Positions 27,364 through 29,146 of a stretch of DNA of 29,146 nt are shown here, in pieces (position 1 is the stretch's first letter; each line of letters opens with the position of its first letter). The stretch spans positions 1 through 29,146 of the forward strand of contig RDNZ01000037.1 in NCBI GenBank assembly GCA_011364905.1, read 5' to 3'. Made by a program: the position numbers and the translations under genes. The stretch comes from Candidatus Thorarchaeota archaeon. Its GTDB lineage: Archaea; Asgardarchaeota; Thorarchaeia; Thorarchaeales; Thorarchaeaceae. Below the pieces are notes generated by a model. That model had not been told where the DNA came from and searched no databases. It saw only the letters and a list, made by a program, of their open reading frames with translations.

Positions 27364-28512
27364 TCATCTACGAATATCCTCGCGGAGCCGCGAGGCCGAG
27401 AATTCCTCAACTCGATCCTTGACTTCTTCTCGAGCAGCTTGATGTTTCTCAAGAAACTCCATCATCATCGGAGCCAGAATTTGTTTACACTCTCCGCAGA
27501 GAATCTCTCCACCGCGACATTTCTTCTCAATATCAGCGAGGTCTTTATCATCAGGCATGAAGAGGAAGTTGTAATACTTGAAAACACTACAGATGTCAGG
27601 ATTGGCACCAAGTTTTCGCTGTTCCTCAACCGTTGTCCGACCACCAGTAAATGCAGCCATGACCTTCTTCTTGGCCATCTTAGGAGTATCAGTTGTAAAT
27701 ACAGCGGACATCGGATCGGATGATGACATCTTCCCACCCTCTTTCAAACCAGGAACAAATGAGCATTGAATACTTGCAGGTTTATAGTATCCGAGTTTCT
27801 CAGCTATATCCCTTGTTACACGCCAGAAGGGATCTTGATCGATTGCGCACGGAATGATACAAGGAGTCTTCTTCCCATATATCCAGGAGTGGATAAACGC
27901 AGGCGCAGCTTGGATGGCGGGATGCCAAGATGAGCCTATGTTTGTGCTGTTGTCAAAACCGAACACAGCTTTTACTGTAGAAAAGGTCACTTTCCTAGCC
28001 ACCTCTACAGCTATCTCATAGAGCAAGTCAATGTGTTCAATATCTTGGATGATGTAGGTGTTTTCTGGCTTGAAACCAAGAGCGAGTAGATCCAGTGTGT
28101 TGTCATAGGTGTATTTCCGAACATCGTCCAAACTTAGGTGTGGCTCAAAGAAGTACTTCTCATCATTCGTCATTTGGAAGTACAGTCTTGTGTCGAATTT
28201 CTCCTGCATCCATTTTGTAAACATCCACGGAACAAGATGACCAATGTGAGTGATTCCACTCGGACCTCGACCTGTGTAAAGGACAAATTTGTTATTCTTA
28301 TTGTACTCGTCAAGTATCCAATCAAGGTCTCTATGAGAGAAGAAGAGCTCTCTTTCGAGGAGAACATGTTTCTCCTTAGTTATCTCATAGATTCGTTCTC
28401 TGAGCTGTTTTGTTATTCGCTCAGTTCCAAACTGCTCAATGAGACGATCATAGTCGACAATTCCTTCTACTTTCCAAGGTGTAACTACGAAATCATCTTT
28501 GTCTTCGCCCAT
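27364..28512 (-). CDS. trpS: Tryptophan--tRNA ligase, archaeal/eukaryotic type
   Basis: VTPW.V.G.VDY..L...FG, YTGRGPSG..HIGH, IDQDP.WR and KMSSS. ATG 28512 lies about 25 nt after a TTAAA box. Confidence 0.96.
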   Translation of the reverse strand: MGEDKDDFVVTPWKVEGIVDYDRLIEQFGTERITKQLRERIYEITKEKHVLLERELFFSHRDLDWILDEYNKNNKFVLYTGRGPSGITHIGHLVPWMFTKWMQEKFDTRLYFQMTNDEKYFFEPHLSLDDVRKYTYDNTLDLLALGFKPENTYIIQDIEHIDLLYEIAVEVARKVTFSTVKAVFGFDNSTNIGSSWHPAIQAAPAFIHSWIYGKKTPCIIPCAIDQDPFWRVTRDIAEKLGYYKPASIQCSFVPGLKEGGKMSSSDPMSAVFTTDTPKMAKKKVMAAFTGGRTTVEEQRKLGANPDICSVFKYYNFLFMPDDKDLADIEKKCRGGEILCGECKQILAPMMMEFLEKHQAAREEVKDRVEEFSASRLREDIRR

Positions 28513-28669
28513 TTGGATGCCTTCCTTTGAGATGTTTAAGAGCCAAGGGTTTTGGTTTTCCAATTAAGCATGGTGGTTGAAATCGGTTTTGTTAGACAAA
28601 CGGTTACTCTAAAAAGGAGTAAAACACTGAATGTTGACCATTGCTCTGCACGATAAAGGAGAATGCAAG

Positions 28670-28924
28670 ATGCGTATTGAGGAATATGAGTTCGAAGAGG
28701 AGAAAACACTCACAAACTTGGCTGACCTCCTCATTGAAATTGCAGAACAGATTCGCGCTGGAGAAAGATTAGAACTCCCGATGCCAACATTGAAAGAAGG
28801 GGTTATTGATATTCCTATAGGAGAACCCATCGAAACTGGCATAGAGGTAACAATTCGGAAACACTTCATACACGTTGATCTTTCATTGGCATGGAGAAGA
28901 ACTGATAGGGAGGAGGATCAATAA
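28670..28924 (+). CDS. Amphi-Trp domain protein
   Basis: LADLL.EIAEQI..G followed by beta strands ending LSLAW near the C-terminus. SD AAGGAG lies before ATG 28670. Confidence 0.7.
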   Translation: MRIEEYEFEEEKTLTNLADLLIEIAEQIRAGERLELPMPTLKEGVIDIPIGEPIETGIEVTIRKHFIHVDLSLAWRRTDREEDQ

Positions 28925-29146
28925 TGTCCTCTGGACCTTTAGAAAAGGACACTATCCTTGGTCAGATAGCAAATGTACTTGAAGTCCAAGAGAAAATAGG
29001 CGAGTATATTGAAAAAAGACTATGTCTTTCATGCGAGGAATTGATAGATGAAGAATGGGAGAACAGACGAAAGGATGCGTTCAAATTTGTCCGAGGCTTG
29101 GTCGACAAGTACGCATTTTCTAAGAAACTACCTAGGAATGAACTTG
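28924..29146 (+). CDS. Hypothetical protein, partial (runs off the window)
   Basis: The ATG overlaps the upstream TAA (TAATG) and the frame is open to the end: MSSGPLEKDTILGQIANVLEVQEKIGEYIEKRLCLSCEEL... Confidence 0.6.
   Translation, partial: MSSGPLEKDTILGQIANVLEVQEKIGEYIEKRLCLSCEELIDEEWENRRKDAFKFVRGLVDKYAFSKKLPRNEL

Noticed and set aside
11782-27366. Genome-wide TGA recoding (alternative genetic code)
   Set aside because: TGA ends HMGR, TrpRS, USP and others at their expected C-termini, and the Trp-rich 1980-codon ORF uses only TGG.
27337-27366. trpS in frame with the downstream membrane protein
   Set aside because: A second in-frame TGA follows two codons later, so read-through fusion is implausible.
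14633-28512. glyS, alaX and trpS as a functional cluster
   Set aside because: They are dispersed, on different strands and separated by unrelated genes, which is ordinary housekeeping context.

Overview
Archaeal chromosomal window, most likely an Asgard archaeon such as Thorarchaeia. This is inferred from gene content: archaeal/eukaryotic-type GlyRS and TrpRS, archaeal CoaD, Nre, class II HMG-CoA reductase, SNAP-like helical proteins and TATA/BRE promoters. The supplied ORF track misses the largest gene, a minus-strand ORF of at least 1980 codons (5941 to beyond position 1) encoding a giant secreted, Trp/Tyr/acid-rich protein with many N-glycosylation sequons. After it come a ~910-aa polytopic membrane protein ending in a SpoIIM domain, ferritin, an M28/DUF4910 peptidase, CoaD (apparently CTG-initiated), an Fe-S-less RACo/ASKHA ATPase, USP, an O6-alkylguanine transferase, glyS and class II HMGR. 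The right half holds a convergent pair of SNAP-like alpha-solenoid genes (one fused to two Ig-like domains), AlaX, a GT-C glycosyltransferase, a degenerate Nre, two tandem YdjG-like Zn-ribbon membrane proteins, a membrane protein, trpS, an amphi-Trp protein and a partial ORF. I saw no tRNA, rRNA, CRISPR array or mobile element. The best leads are the SNAP-like pair (possible proto-trafficking module), twin hairpins in the ferritin leader, the giant surface protein, the in-frame TGA/CTG junction before CoaD and a multi-hairpin element after HMGR. All family calls come from motif recognition by eye, not database searches.
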